From Aplysia californica (Eukaryota), in contig NW_004797934.1 in the NCBI RefSeq assembly GCF_000002075.1, positions 391,787 to 453,876 of the forward strand: DNA of 62,090 nt. Reading direction: 5' to 3'. A program made the translations under genes and the position numbers. The notes beneath the pieces are model-generated. The model did no database searches. It saw nothing but the letters and a program-made list of their open reading frames with translations, and was not told the origin of the DNA. Position 1 is the first letter of the stretch; each line of letters opens with the position of its first letter. This document shows positions 37,171 to 57,282 of this stretch, piece after piece.

Positions 37171-40100
37171 AAATTGTTTGATTACAACAACTACAAATTA
37201 CGAAACTAAAAATACAAAAAAACAATGAAAATAGCATTGGTTGTAACGTTAATTCAATATTTAATTCTTATTATTTTCTTTGTGTTGAACACAATCAGAA
37301 GAATATAAATGAACATGGTAGGCTGAAGATGTAAAGCGATGACATGTCTGGAAAGTCAACTATCAATGTTATGACAATAATAGGTAGAAAACATATTCAA
37401 AGGGAAATCATTGGGAAATGCAACATGACATGAAGCTTGAGATACAACATTCAGCAATAAGACAAATAGGACAAAGGTTAGAAGGAACCAACATTCAATA
37501 CTTAACTAGTAGTAGTATAGCAATATAAGAAAAGGGGGTTATTATTAATATTTAATATTGTTTTCTTTATTATAAAACAAGCTTTGACAACAAATTTCCA
37601 GCCACTGAAAGTGTGCAAAGGATGCATACAACATGACAACAGATTAAGGTAAGACTCAACCAACCCACATGATGAAAGAGGAAAGTAGTCACCAATTTTT
37701 TTCTACTACTAGATCTACTTGAAAACTCAAGTACCGTATTTGTTATAGTTATAGTCTGATTATGCACCACTTCATAAACAATTCTTTTTTCATGAATCTT
37801 TAAAAAAAACAAAAAAAACCTTTCAACGCATAAAAACCTCCAAGTTTGAATCAAAACAGTAAAACTTTGGAGCCACCTGTATGGGGGGAAAAAGTGGTTG
37901 CACTATATTTCACACCATTTTCAAATAAGTTATGGAGGTTAAGTATAAACTGATCACAAAAAGACTTTAACTTTAACTTTAGTCAGGAGTGAACTTTGAC
38001 ATTCTGTTGTTTATCATCCTGCAAAAAAAACAACCCCAGTCACAAGTGACTGATCATGACAGATGGGTTTTTGGCACAAGCTCCTAAAACAGAGGGAATG
38101 CATTAGTACAGCGCTGTCCAATTAACAGCAACCCAAATAAGAGCAACCTCCACCTAACATCAAGGAATTCTTGATTTTACACCCATTTCAACACAATTAA
38201 CATCATTATGCTAAGTACTAACTTGAAGTGGGCTTCCGTACCTGCCTGTCAGGGCTGACCCGGGCAGAGAAAAACCAAGATACTCGAAAAAAAATTCCTC
38301 CCCACTCAGGAATTAAACTCAGGTCTCCTGCATCTGACAGGTGAGCACTTAACCGCTACACTGATGCCAATGGGAAAAGTTTCAGCAACTGGGTGTAGAA
38401 CATTATCCCTGATGCTGGAGGAACAGTGAGTTGTCACTTTCTGACAAGGCAACATAACCATATCCTGAGAGAAGGACTCCCTGGGCTGACATATGGGAAG
38501 GGGTGGGAGTAGGGATTATCTTTGAAGTTTATAGTCCCCCCCCACCCCTCTAAAAAATTCAGTTAGCAACAACCTCTGCTTGCTTCCCAAGAGGGTTCCC
38601 CTCAGGCAGACAACACTGTACGATGAAACAGAACACACCCGGAGCTTAGCCTTCAAAGTCATTCTTGTTCATGAAATGATAGCAAAAAAATAATGAGTAA
38701 TGTAAAACAATTCTTTGAGCAGGCACCTAACAACAACCGAGTACTCTGAAATTAGAATTTCATGAGCACTTAATTCACTGGAACCGCGCCAAGTGAAGGC
38801 AATAGCTTTGAGAGATCAAGCCATTAGAAGAAACTGCTGAAAATATACTTGCCGATGTAATGTGGTTATCCATCCAGGCTGAAATCATACAACATTGGTC
38901 ATAACTGGAATTTAACATCAGGGACAAAGCAGCAAAGTCTGAGATTCCCCATACATTTTGCTTTTCACATTTCGTTATCAGCATGCAGCTCTAAATCAGG
39001 GGCATCACTTGTGAATTTTACCCTGGAACCAAATTAAATTCTTAAAAACCAACTGTCAGATTCTATACAGCCTGACAGAGTTAGATTTTCCATCTCCAGT
39101 CAAATTAACTTTCCCAGAATGAGCCACTCAGTTTGTGACAGTTACCATTAACAACAAACGAACAGTACGTTTTGGGGGACAAAAAGGAATGGGGGATTAA
39201 AAAACCCACAATAATCAGTATTCGCGACAGTAATACTTTCACACTCTTCTTTTTTCATTGAGGGCAGTGGGGGTGGGGTTTGACGGTAATGCAAAGAAAA
39301 AAGCATTTTAGGCTCTTGAGAGGAACAGAGTATGACATTTTTTAAAAACCTAGACAAATGGCATGTCACTGGGACGAGCACCACTCTAGACTAATTGTCC
39401 TCTTCAATTTGTAAAGTATTTGAATGGGTGGCAGGGACAGGAATTTTTGTTCGCACAAGAAATTTAAAACAAAAAATCATCGGTATGATACAGATGATGT
39501 ATACTTTACGCCCAATATTTATAATTAACCTAACAAACTTTCACAACTTTTTTCTTAGTTCTCGACATGAAATTGTTATTTTTCAGTCCTTGACGTAAAA
39601 AAGCTAAATTCAAGGAAAATCATAAGATAGTCTCTCTCGGTGGACTGTGCTCACAATACTTCTTTGTATGACAAAGGCCAGCTCTCTCCTGTACATACAA
39701 CTGTGAACAGATTCAGATATGACCTTATGCAGTTGCAAGCGCTGTAAAACCCCTTACTAAAAAAAAAAATGCCATCAGCTGTCATGGTGAGGGGACTTTT
39801 GGGGGGGAATCGGGGAACTTACACAACTGTAAGCAAAAAGAAATATAAATGTATTGTTTGTTTGTTTGAGTAAAGAGCAGCGCAGCTAAGTGCAAAGAAA
39901 AAGCAAGAAAAGGCAGTCAGAAACAAAAAGAAGAGATAGAAAATTAGTGGGACACACCAGTGGTGCCCTCCAACCACCTTCATAATTTATAAATGTGACA
40001 GCTGACAAATAAACTGTTGTTTTTTTTACTGAAACAAAGTCTGGCTGCAAAAAAAACACCCAAAAAAAACAACTGACCAAATTTCTGGCAAGTAGCCTCC

Positions 40101-43100
40101 CAAACAGCAATGTCATTGAGAAAAATGATAAAGAAATTTCTATTTCATAACTGGAGTGAAGGGTAGAAGGGGGGTAGGGGGTGGGGGCATGTAGGAAATG
40201 GGGCAAAGAAAGACTTGCTTAACAAAGGTGAAGACAACATTCAACGAGTGTAAAAACAGTACAACAATTGAATAAAATATACATGAAAAAATTATAAAAT
40301 AAAAAGCAATACAACAATTTGTTTTTCCTTACGTGGACATCAACAAAACAAATATTTCAACAGACAATTAGAAACGAAGTAATTTTGCTTTGTACAGATT
40401 TTAAAAAAACAACTTTCACCTGCAACTTAAAAAGTTGTTTTTACATACCACAAATTTGCTACATAGATACTCTTTGCCACACCTATAAACAACAAGATAT
40501 TTTGCTAAAACCAACATATGGGGCGAGAGACGGAGGTATTGTGTAGAACACAGGCCTGAATGTGATAATATAAAACCAGTAGAAAATACATAACTAGTAA
40601 CAAGACTTGTCAAATGAGAAGTAAAAAGAACGAAAAAACCCAATCCATTAGTGAACAGAAAAAGTTGTAGCAGACAAGTTCCTTGTGTGATAAGATTGTA
40701 AATGTCGATCCACCCCACAAAAGCTTAAAATCATTAAGAGGCAGGCAACCTCACCCCTGCCTGTCTGGGTCAAGCTCAACTGAATACAACACAGCATCCC
40801 AGTAGACTAGTGCCTGTCAATTTTGTCCTAGCCAGCACCCACTATTGACTTCTTTTACTTTTTATTTTTCTGGGGGGGTAAACCCACTATGCTGGGGCCT
40901 GTTTTGGTACGAAATCTAAAATTGACAAATACATCACTGAATCGGTCATCAAATCAATTTATTTCAATTTCAATAGTTCTTGATCTAATGAATGAACTCC
41001 GGGAGAAACTAAAAGATACCTGTTTTTGACAACTGCTATTTGAGGTCGAAGTTGTTGGAAAGGAGTGCACCTGAGCCCGGCTCACCGGCACAGCGGATCA
41101 TACCGCGAGCAGCTGGGAGTAGCTTGCCAGAGATCAGAAGTTAGGAAGCTAAAACTATCGCACCGTCCACCTATAAGTATTTCCAAAAGGGGGCATTCAA
41201 ATATCACCTGTCACTACCCAGGTAATCCCCATTGCCCACTAGAATTACCAAATTCCCCATTAGAGGGCCATGATTATTATATCGCTCAGGTTGACAAGCA
41301 CTGTGGTAGAAAAAAATGAGACACTTGATAAGAATGATTTCAGAACAACCTCAGGACATTTCTTCCGCTCAAACAAAACCAAAATGGCAACATCTACATT
41401 CATGGGTGTCAACAGAAAATATACTCAGCTACGCTCTACTGCACACACAAAGAAAAAGAAAAAAAAACAACAACTACATTCTGACCTTCCTGACCAGAAA
41501 TGACATTTCATTGGTCAAATGTAAGTATGAATTTGAAAACAGTTGTAAACCCAAAAAACCTTCTCAACTGTCTGAACTGTAATTTATGTGCGGGTAAATA
41601 TTATCATCATCATCATTAGTATTATTATTTTTTATTATAATATTTGTGCAAAAGCTGTTTATTCTAAAAAAAACAAAAAACAAATAAAAACTGTCAGCTA
41701 CATATATATATATATATATGTCATCACAAACAGATGCAATACCCAGTTCTAGGGGCAATATACCACACAGCTGAAAGAGTCAAATGAAACAATGAAAAGA
41801 CAACGAAGATGGGAGATCACACTACTGAAGGTGTACATGTACACGGCACGTAACAGTCTCCTTTCCTAACTCAATGTGAGGAAACTTTGCACATTTGATC
41901 TACACAGCAGTCATCGCCGTGCCTCCCCCCCTCCTCTCCCTCTGCACTCACTCCCCACCCCAACTCTCCCACAAAGACAGCAAAAGAAAAACTGAACATC
42001 AAGAGTTATTCCAAGTACTTGAAGTAGAAGCTTCAAAGATCCTGAAGGAAACGCGCAGACACAAGTTATTTCCCTTCCACAACAAACACGAGCTGGCGTT
42101 TGTTTGCTTGTTGCGCGTGAACACATTTAAAGCTGCAGAGTCGGATGAGGTTCTATATAAATTCATATGACAAGCGTTGATTACACACATGATGTGTACC
42201 ATAAACATATACACATATACGCCACGGACAAGGAGCACACTAACTAAAGCATAATATATGAAGACATCCACTGGAATAGAAAAAAAACCCACTAAACAAG
42301 AGCATGATGTGGATGGCAACAGACCACACAGCTGAGAAGGATGAATATGAAATTTACAACTCTTTATGAAATATCTACATCCAATGTTCCAGAGTAATAA
42401 ATGTCACTGTTGTAATACTCGTCGTCATCGTCATTGTCGTCGTCATCGTACAAGAAGCAACAAGAGAAACATCACAGGGACAGCTCCCTGGCCAATCACA
42501 GAGCTCAAATAGGAACAACACCAAGCTCCCGCAAACCTCACAACTGAGCCCAAAGAATTCGCGTCTGGAAACAGATTATCACTTTTTAACTCTCGTCAAG
42601 TTGTGGTCACACAATTTTCTTTATCAATGAATTAAAGAAGAAGAAAAAAAATAGGGCTCGCAACAGATTTTTGTCGTCTTACCAAAAAAACAACCCCCAA
42701 CCCAAAACTACAATGTTCCCTTCAGACTATAATTCAGTATTGCTCAAACATATTTTTGTCCATGATTTTAAAAAATTACCCCTCAGTTTCTTAACAGATT
42801 AAAGGACACAAAAAAGTATACCACCTGAAACTCACAACAATCCTCAACTTACAGGTCCATGAATATTAATTGGTAGTCATGGAAAAAAATTCTAAAACAG
42901 ACTACAACTCATCTCACAGTCAATTAACCGATTTGACATGTTTTGAGACATGGTGACACCCCCACCCATCTTAAATTTTTGATCTTTTGACCTGTCTCCT
43001 GCTCCTGACATATTCTCCTGCAGGTGGCATGGCACGGTACCACAATTATGCATCCATAGGGTCTCCCAGCAAAGTTCTACTACAGGACACCTCACACGGG

Positions 43101-46100
43101 CTACGCATCATTTTCAACAGAAAACTTCACAAATTATGGTTCAGTCCCCTCTCACCTAGTATTATTTTCAGAGTATATTACACCATTTTCTTCCAAGAAA
43201 AACAAACTTTATCACATAATCTCTTCCAAGAAAAACAAACTTTATCACATAATCTCATCTTCTCTTTCCTTAGAAAAATTTGTCAAACGTTGAACTAATG
43301 TCCTCAAATTTTAATTCAATATGGAAAATTGTGCATGAACATCCAGTTTATGGGAAGCATTTTTACAAAATTTTCTCCCTCAAAAGCTCCCTTCACACTG
43401 AACAAACTATAAACAACCAAACAGGGGATTTTACAAGAAGAGCAAAAAATGATGTTTCACCTTTCTGGTCTACATAATTATAAGACAAGGCAGTTGTCAA
43501 AACACAATCCCCATTCCAAGAAAGCATGTAAAATGTCTTCATTTTCATCAAGCTGAGTTACAAACTATAATCACCATAACTATTAAGAGAAAATTTCACG
43601 GAGCTATCATGCCATGCATCGAAGCTACTGTGTTCTCTGTCACCTGTCCCCCACTACCTAAACACTAACACCATCAACAGTACTCGGTGGAAACAGAAAA
43701 TATCTCACATACCCAGCATACAACACTTTCTTCCTAAACCTGATGTTTTCAAAAGATGCTGGTAACATACCTCACAGATCCAGCATACAACACTAAACCA
43801 GATGTCCCTGAAACACAACTTATCTCACAACCCCTGCATACATCTATTCCTAAACAAAATGTTCCTGAAAGATGCTCCTCTTCGAAAAAAAACACCTCAG
43901 AAACAACCAGGCAAAAAATTTGTCACCCAAACATACATAAAAGACATTTTTAGATTATGAGAAACTTGAGGGAAAAAAAGCACCCAGCCTCTTGTTGTAA
44001 AAGAACTCTTTTCTTTCCAGACACATGCAGTCATAAAAGCTTGACCCAGCCCAGACCATCCAGGCTGGGAATTAATCAAACAACAGATGGGTAGCAGCCC
44101 CCCCTCCTGAAATGAAACATCACAGATGCTGCAGGAAACTGTCCGGCCACGCCTAAGGGGAAAATAAACGTCAATGTAAATAGTTTGTGATATGTGTCAG
44201 TTGTCTCCCTTCCACTAACAATGAGAAGAAACAACGTAGCTTGGCACCTACAGAAATGTTGACGAGGCAGGCCCCAGAATTACAGCCCACAGTCATTTGT
44301 GACAAAGTAACATTTCCATCCGTACACACACTTTTTCACATATATAGATATAGACATATATAGGCATTTTCAGCATAGTAGGATCATTTTGGACCCCGGA
44401 GAGACAAAATTCTTGGGTTGAAGCCCTGCCTAGGTTCCACCATGGGGCTGAGTGAGAAGATGAAGGTGGAAAAAAAGTTAAAGCCTCCCCACTCCAAAAG
44501 ATAATAATGTAATTTTACAAAATCTGATGTTTCAGAGCACAAAAAAAACAAAAAAACAAACAAAACCAACAGGATATGAAGGGGAAACAAACAACCTGCA
44601 GGTTACATAACACAAAAGTTTCATAGCTGTTCAGATGTACCAAGCCCAAAATTCTGAGGTGTCCGCAGCATGTGCTAAAAAAATATTCAGTCGAAATTCA
44701 AATTCCTACTGTGAACAAGGCAAGAAAAGAAGATATGGTATAGGTACAATTGTTTAATGAATGAAACGTCTTTTTTTTTCTCTTGAAAAAATTTTTGCGA
44801 TCTGGGCTTAGTACATTGGAACAGCTTAACGACAGTATGAATGTACAAGCTCATTTAGCACTGTAGTTCATGGAATAACCGCCATCATAGTAACATAATG
44901 GAAAACACACCAAAAAAAAGGTCAAGTGTCACAGAAAACTTCAGTGTGATACGTCGTACAATATGACCGGATATCACTCAAGCTCAGGCTTTCTGCGAAA
45001 ACTCATACTGGGCAATCTCCTCTCTTCATGACATACAATATATTTCATTTTCTCAACATAACAACCATCCTACACATAACTTTTGTATATATAGTACACT
45101 GGGCCGCAAAGTGGCGAAGAATACATTTTTTTTTTCAAGCTACTGGGAGTAAAATAGCAGAAGGTTATGTTCCGCATAGAACTTCAGCTGACAATATACA
45201 TGTAGACACAGGAAGCTGTTAAATTGGCAGGCAGAGCCCCAAAAGCAGACGTCATTCAAGCTTTGCTGAAACACTATTACAGAACACTTGAGATCAACTG
45301 CTTGTAGCAGTGCATCGTGCTACAATGAGCTCTATTGTACAGTGAAAAACTAAGACTAAGCATTTTTTTAAAACATACCCCTCCCCCTCTTCACAAAACA
45401 AGATCCTCCACAATTCTTTATGCAAAAATGAGAGCCACATGTGTGCGGCATTGTGGTGAAATCAGGCGCTCATCAAAATGCAATTTTTATCAATTTTTGT
45501 AGGTGGGTGGGGGCTCATTGTCCATCGAAAAACACATTTCTTATTGCATTTTTCTCAAAAACGTTGATCAAAGGCACAAAAAACGTAAAAATGGGAGTCA
45601 CTAAACTTTGATCATTATTTTCTCATCAATTTTACGTCTGACATCAGACAACCCCAATCTCCTTCAATTATACATATCTCAACTTCTATTAAAGATACAA
45701 GGGTAATTTCGTGTTTTTTTTCATCAAAAGCAGAAAGACAATTCAAAAAGTTTTAGAATTATACCAATCCAATATGCCTCTAAAAGTTGACGAGCGCCCG
45801 ACTCCACACTGCCGTGACACAAATGTTGCTGCTGCATTGCACAGAGCAATGAAACTCCATGACAAACATGCAGAAACCACGCCGAGCCCTTCAGATCAAA
45901 ACACGCTTGTGACATCAATGTCTTGTTGCCGACAGCGTCGGCAAGATGACACCACTACACCCAGCACATCCCATCCCCCTCTCACCACACAGGGTTGCCA
46001 TGTGGCAAAAATAAGTTCTCATTGACAACGAAATCTTTTTTTCAGATCTCAGTTGGATGAGGACATCATAGACGTGACTGAATTACATAAACTATCTGGG

Positions 46101-46377
46101 ACAGACATAGATTTTAAAATTGACATAACTGGAAAAGCCCTCCATAAAAGAAGTACAAAAGGTATATTTCTTGAATTTGGTCTGAAAAGACTAGGGAAAA
46201 GACAATTTTTTTTTTATTTCAGGAGGAAAAAAATATGTACTTATTTAAAGGAGTTACAATCAGTTGTCCCATTTTTTTGATTTCACAAGAAGGGGAAAAA
46301 AATGGCTTCACAGCAACCCTGTCTCCTCCCACCCCTTCCTGCCCCCAGTGGTCAAGCAGCCTGCAAAACGTCCAGTC

Positions 46378-46500
46378 CTAAGAGTGCTCCAGGTTCTTGT
46401 CCTGTATCTGTAAGGTCTCTTGGAAGATGAGCTCCTTCAGTCGCTCCTTGGGGAGGTCGTCCAGCTCCATCTCAAAGGTGAAGGGTTCCTCCGCTACCGG
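46378..46500 (-). CDS. MAPK1: ERK1/2 last coding exon
   Basis: [29 protein letters not shown]...EHS*. Confidence 0.95.
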   Translation of the reverse strand, partial: PVAEEPFTFEMELDDLPKERLKELIFQETLQIQDKNLEHS

Positions 46501-46823
46501 CTGAAACACACACACAAACACAAAATTGCTGATTATTCCTGCTGAAAGAACATATAGTAACAGTAACAAAGAATAGCTGACTATTTCAGGTGAAAGAACA
46601 TATTATAGTAACACAAAATTACTGATTATTCCAGCTGAAACACACATCGTATCACTAAACTGCTGATTATTCCATCTCTAACATACATGGTAACACAAAA
46701 TTGCCGATTATTACAGCTGAAACACACATGGTAACGCAAAATTGAGAGAGAGACATAGAGACAAAAATATATAGAGAAAAAGAGAAGAAGAGAAAAAGAG
46801 AGAGAGTGAAACAGAGGAAGAGC

Positions 46824-46825
<2 letters not shown>

Positions 46826-46882
<57 letters not shown>

Positions 46883-46912
46883 AGGGAGAGAGAGGGAGGG
46901 AGAGAGAGAGAG
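46826..46912. repeat. (GA)n microsatellite
   Basis: Directly visible. Confidence 0.95.
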
Positions 46913-46932
46913 ATGCAACACTGGGCTCTGAC

Positions 46933-47042
46933 CTCGTCTGCCGGGTCGTAGTACTGCTCTAAGTACGGGTGAGCCAGGGCTTGCTCCACAGTGATTCTCT
47001 TGTTGGGGTTGAAGGTCAACATCTTTTCTAACAGATCCAGGG
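46933..47042 (-). CDS. MAPK1: ERK1/2 exon (110 nt)
   Basis: [36 protein letters not shown] (CD docking domain). Confidence 0.95.
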
Positions 47043-47484
47043 CTGGGGACAAACACAAGACACACGGTCAGTTTCCAATGCTTTGTATGAAGTAAAGTGC
47101 AATTAAAGAGCTCAACTCCCTCAACTCCTCATTATCATCATCATTAATAATTAAACAGACACATACTATCAATACTGCAGTATTATCTTATTTTAAAGCT
47201 TGAAAAAAAAAAAAGCAAGACATACATGACAAAGCATGAGTGAAGAAGTAGGACCAACCAAAGACACAGCATGAGTGAAGAAGTAGGACCAACCAAAGAC
47301 ACAGTCCATCCAATAACACCTTTTTTTTTCACCTCAACTTATTAACCAACCCATCAAAAATGATGTAGCAGTAACAGTAAAAAGCACTGTAACTAATCAA
47401 CCAGCCATCAAAAATGATGAAGCAGTCAAGAGTTTTACAGAACACAGGAATACTCCATGACCGTACCATGACCATGCCACTGAC

Positions 47485-47563
47485 CTTTTACATCTGCGTT
47501 TGGATACAACTTGTTCCATGGTACTTTCGGTTTGAAGGGTAAGGACTGGATGTACCCTCGTGC
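47485..47563 (-). CDS. MAPK1: ERK1/2 exon (79 nt)
   Basis: ARGYIQSLPFKPKVPWNKLYPNADVK. Confidence 0.95.
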
Positions 47564-47968
47564 CTGTGGGAGGAAGGGGAAAGTGTTACACACAAAACGT
47601 TAGCCTGTGATGGGATGTGATGTCGGTGATCTAGTGTTTAGGTTGCTGGGCTTACAGCTAGAAGGTTGTGGGTTCCAGAGCCCTGTCAGTGGCTTGATGT
47701 TGTGTCCTTGGGTAAGGCATTTTAAACTTGCATTCCCCACACCACCCTTGTTAGTGTTTTGAGTTTGAGTGCTTAACCATCAGCTTGCGCTGTTTTCACT
47801 GTAGATTAGAGTTAATGTTACCTCGTCATTGATGATACACTGCGGGTTTGTTTTTTTACATAATGACACTGTGTATAAAAAATCACCTGCCTAAGATGGC
47901 CACTTTCCTCCTCGACAAAGGGTGGCTTGTCTTAGACAGTATTGATTGTAGCTTAGAGTTAACTTTAC

Positions 47969-48048
47969 CTTGTCATTGATGATACACTGCAGATCCTCCT
48001 GGCTGGGAGACCCCAACACACCCAGTATGTGGTTCAACTGGTCCAGGT
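47969..48048 (-). CDS. MAPK1: ERK1/2 exon (80 nt)
   Basis: [26 protein letters not shown]. Confidence 0.95.
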
Positions 48049-50541
48049 CTACGAGCCGTTAAGAAACACTACATGGGTGGGGGAACAACGAGATTCCCTA
48101 AATACAATCAGTTTAGATTTTTTGAAAGTTTTACAACATTTGCAACACAATTAGATTGCATAAGTGCCAAAAATCAAAGGTTTTAGTTTTAGTAAGAGTT
48201 TTATGGCACTTGCAACACAATTAAGTTGTATCAGTGTTGAAGATTAGAGGTGTTTCTAGAGAGTAGCATAAAAAGGAAATTCAAAAGGAGAGATAAAGAT
48301 GACTAGATGTTTGATAGGAAAGAAGGAGCAAGCCCCACCAGATCGCCTGCCAACCACCCACAATGCTAGTCATTTAGTGCTTGGGAGGGTGTATATACAG
48401 ACACAAAAAAAGAGGGAAAGTATAGAAGTTTGTAATACATTTTACATTAAATAAAAAGTTATCAAAATGGGAATTTAAAATAAAAACAAATATTTCCAAA
48501 TCAAAATATTGATGTTGTTTCTGAAAGTCTGAACCAGAATAGTTTGAGCGTTTATAAAGTCGAGCCACCGATATGACACATACAGCTTGTCAGAGCCAAC
48601 AGGAACAGCCCGTCAGCTCATCGTAGTAAATAGGTTGGTATAAAACAGTTCAGCCTAAGCTACTGCCAGCAGCAGACCCCGTGAACCCAACTGCTCCGAT
48701 GTACTAAGCCGAACATTTTGAACGTTTAAAAAAAATTTGTGCAGTTTTTCTATCTGTGGTATCGGTTGCATTTGCCCTAAATATGGAGAGGGAAAAAAAA
48801 CGAGAAAAGATACATGCTACAGATGAAGGAATTCAGTTTTTTTCTCTTTCCTGCAAAATTTTTCTTTCTGAGCTTAAAACAGTTAAACAGCTTCCTGTCC
48901 AAATTGTCAGTGTCACAAGCAACCCACTTAAGCACACTTTTTACACAAGAGACAAACCCCTCCCTCTAGTTTTTTTGGGGTATTATTCCTACCAGGAATA
49001 ATAAAAAGGGGGAAAAATTGTAAGCCTTGACCGTAGCATTAAACTGCATTTTGGTGATGTTGAAAAGTGCATATTTGACAGAGCTGTGGTAGGTAGTAAA
49101 AGTAAAAATTCTCAAAATCTGGACTTAAACGGATAGCTTGCGACAAGAGGTGAATATATATCCACCTCCCCTCTGTGGGAATCCCCAGTGACAACCCAAG
49201 CTTTCACTGGTGCCATCTCGTGCGTAGAGTCACCGGATCAATAACTCAGGAGATCGTATTAACGTTAGTTATTTTATAGCCAGAGGGGTTTCTTTTTTTT
49301 TTCTCCATGGCTGTCCAGATCGAGTTTCACAACCATAGTAAGTCGATGATAGATTGTCAGCCTGGCTCAAGTAAGGTTGGCTGAAACGACGGTGTGCCTT
49401 GCCCATTACCACAGAGAAATCTTTTTTGGGGAAAAAGGCTCACATAAACTAAAAGAATGCAAGGGGAGTGGTGTTTTAGTAAGAGTTTTACAGCACTTGC
49501 AACACAAAAAGGTCAGTCATTTAAGAGACGAATATTAAAGGTGTTACAAGAGAGTAACAAAGACGAAAAAGGAGAAGAGATCAGAATAATAATAGATGTT
49601 TGATAGGGAAGAAAGAGCAAACCACACCAGAGTACCCACCAACCATCTGTCTGCCTGGATGGACTTTCACAACCATAGTAAGTCAATGATAAGAAGATTA
49701 TTAAGTCAATGACAGACTGTTAGCCTGACTTGAGTAAGGCCGTCTGAAATGACGATGTGTCCAGCCCATTAGTACAGAGAATCTTTTTTTAAATTGGAGG
49801 GGGGGNNNNNNNNNNNNNNNNNNNNNNNNNNNNNNNNNNNNNNNNNNNNNNNNNNNNNNNNNNNNNNNNNNNNNNNNNNNNNNNNNNNNNNNNNNNNNNN
49901 NNNNNNNNNNNNNNNNNNNNNNNNNNNNNNNNNNNNNNNNNNNNNNNNNNNNNNNNNNNNNNNNNNNNNNNNNNNNNNNNNNNNNNNNNNNNNNNNNNNN
50001 NNNNNNNNNNNNNNNNNNNNNNNNNNNNNNNNNNNNNNNNNNNNNNNNNNNNNNNNNNNNNNNNNNNNNNNNNNNNNNNNNNNNNNNNNNNNNNNNNNNN
50101 NNNNNNNNNNNNNNNNNNNNNNNNNNNNNNNNNNNNNNNNNNNNNNNNNNNNNNNNNNNNNNNNNNNNNNNNNNNNNNNNNNNNNNNNNNNNNNNNNNNN
50201 NNNNNNNNNNNNNNNNNNNNNNNNNNNNNNNNNNNNNNNNNNNNNNNNNNNNNNNNNNNNNNNNNNNNNNNNNNNNNNNNNNNNNNNNNNNNNNNNNNNN
50301 NNNNNNNNNNNNNNNNNNNNNNNNNNNNNNNNNNNNNNNNNNNNNNNNNNNNNNNNNNNNNNNNNNNNNNNNNNNNNNNNNNNNNNNNNNNNNNNNNNNN
50401 NNNNNNNNNNNNNNNNNNNNNNNNNNNNCCCCCCCCTTAAAAAAAACACGCCAAAAAAACCCCAAGTTCTGGGACTTGGAAGCAATAATTTAACATGCGA
50501 ACAGTATATTTCAAACATTCCATGCTGCTTGAAAAGGATAC
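48049..50541 (-). other. MAPK1: U12-type GT-AG intron
   Basis: 5'ss GTATCCTTTT; branch TTTCTTAAC (48058-48066) close to TAG; no pyrimidine tract. Confidence 0.85.
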
Positions 50542-50613
50542 AGTGTTTGCCGGGGAAGAGCGGTCGATTGGCCAACATCTCTGCCAGGATACATCCCACT
50601 GACCATACATCAA
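50542..50613 (-). CDS. MAPK1: ERK1/2 exon (72 nt)
   Basis: [23 protein letters not shown]. Confidence 0.95.
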
Positions 50614-53405
<2,792 letters not shown>

Positions 53406-54219
53406 TCAGAGTGACTTAAAACAACAAAATCACAAATCTAGCGATGATAAGAAGAGAGAGGCAAATGAGGATGGGTCGCGGGTCAGAGCGAGTTAAAACT
53501 AAATAATAATCTGGCGGCGATAATTTGTAACAGAGAAGTAAATGAGGACGGGTCTCAGGTCACATCTATTCTTTTTTTGTAGTTGTTTTAGTAAGACTTT
53601 TACAGCACTTGCAACTTTTAGGTCATATAAGTGCTGAAAATTAGATGTGTTACAAGAGAGTAACAAAAATCTAAAAAGACGGAAGAGACATAAGGACGCT
53701 TGATGTTTGGAAGGAAGTAAGGAGCAAACCGCGCCAGAGCACCAGCCAACCACCCACAAAAGAGATACACAATAAGGAACATTTAATGTAGGAAAAATGT
53801 ACAACAGACAGATAGAAACAGAAAAGAAGTAGGACCTATCAATGGGGCCCTGCAACCACCCATTCACGCATCAGATGACAACAAGAGAGAGGCAAACAAG
53901 TTCATAAGTCTAACACCATGACAAAAACAGAACACATGTTTTTTAGTTTCAGTAAGTGTTTACGGCACTTGCAACACAATAAGGTCAAATAAGTGCTGAA
54001 GATTAGAGGTGTTACAAGAGAGTAACAAACACAAAAAAAGGAGGAGAGATAAGGAAAATAAATGTTTGATAGAAGGAAAGACGGAGCCAACCAAACCAGA
54101 GTACCCGCCAACATTCCGCTCACACACCTTCCATGCCAAAATCCTCAATCTCTTCTCTCTCTCCACCCCTTTTCTTTCCCTTTTGAGGGGGTGGGTATCA
54201 GTAATTAAGGCTGATCAAC

Positions 54220-57226
<3,007 letters not shown>

Positions 57227-57282
57227 ACATCTTTCATGTCTTCCACTGTTGGCGCTCTCAAGATGTCTCGGATGTCAATGAT
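57227..57282 (-). CDS. MAPK1: ERK1/2 exon (56 nt)
   Basis: IIDIRDILRAPTVEDMKDV. Confidence 0.93.

Noticed and set aside
47822-47968. 49-aa in-frame ERK insertion via the duplicate donor
   Set aside because: Contains an in-frame TAG
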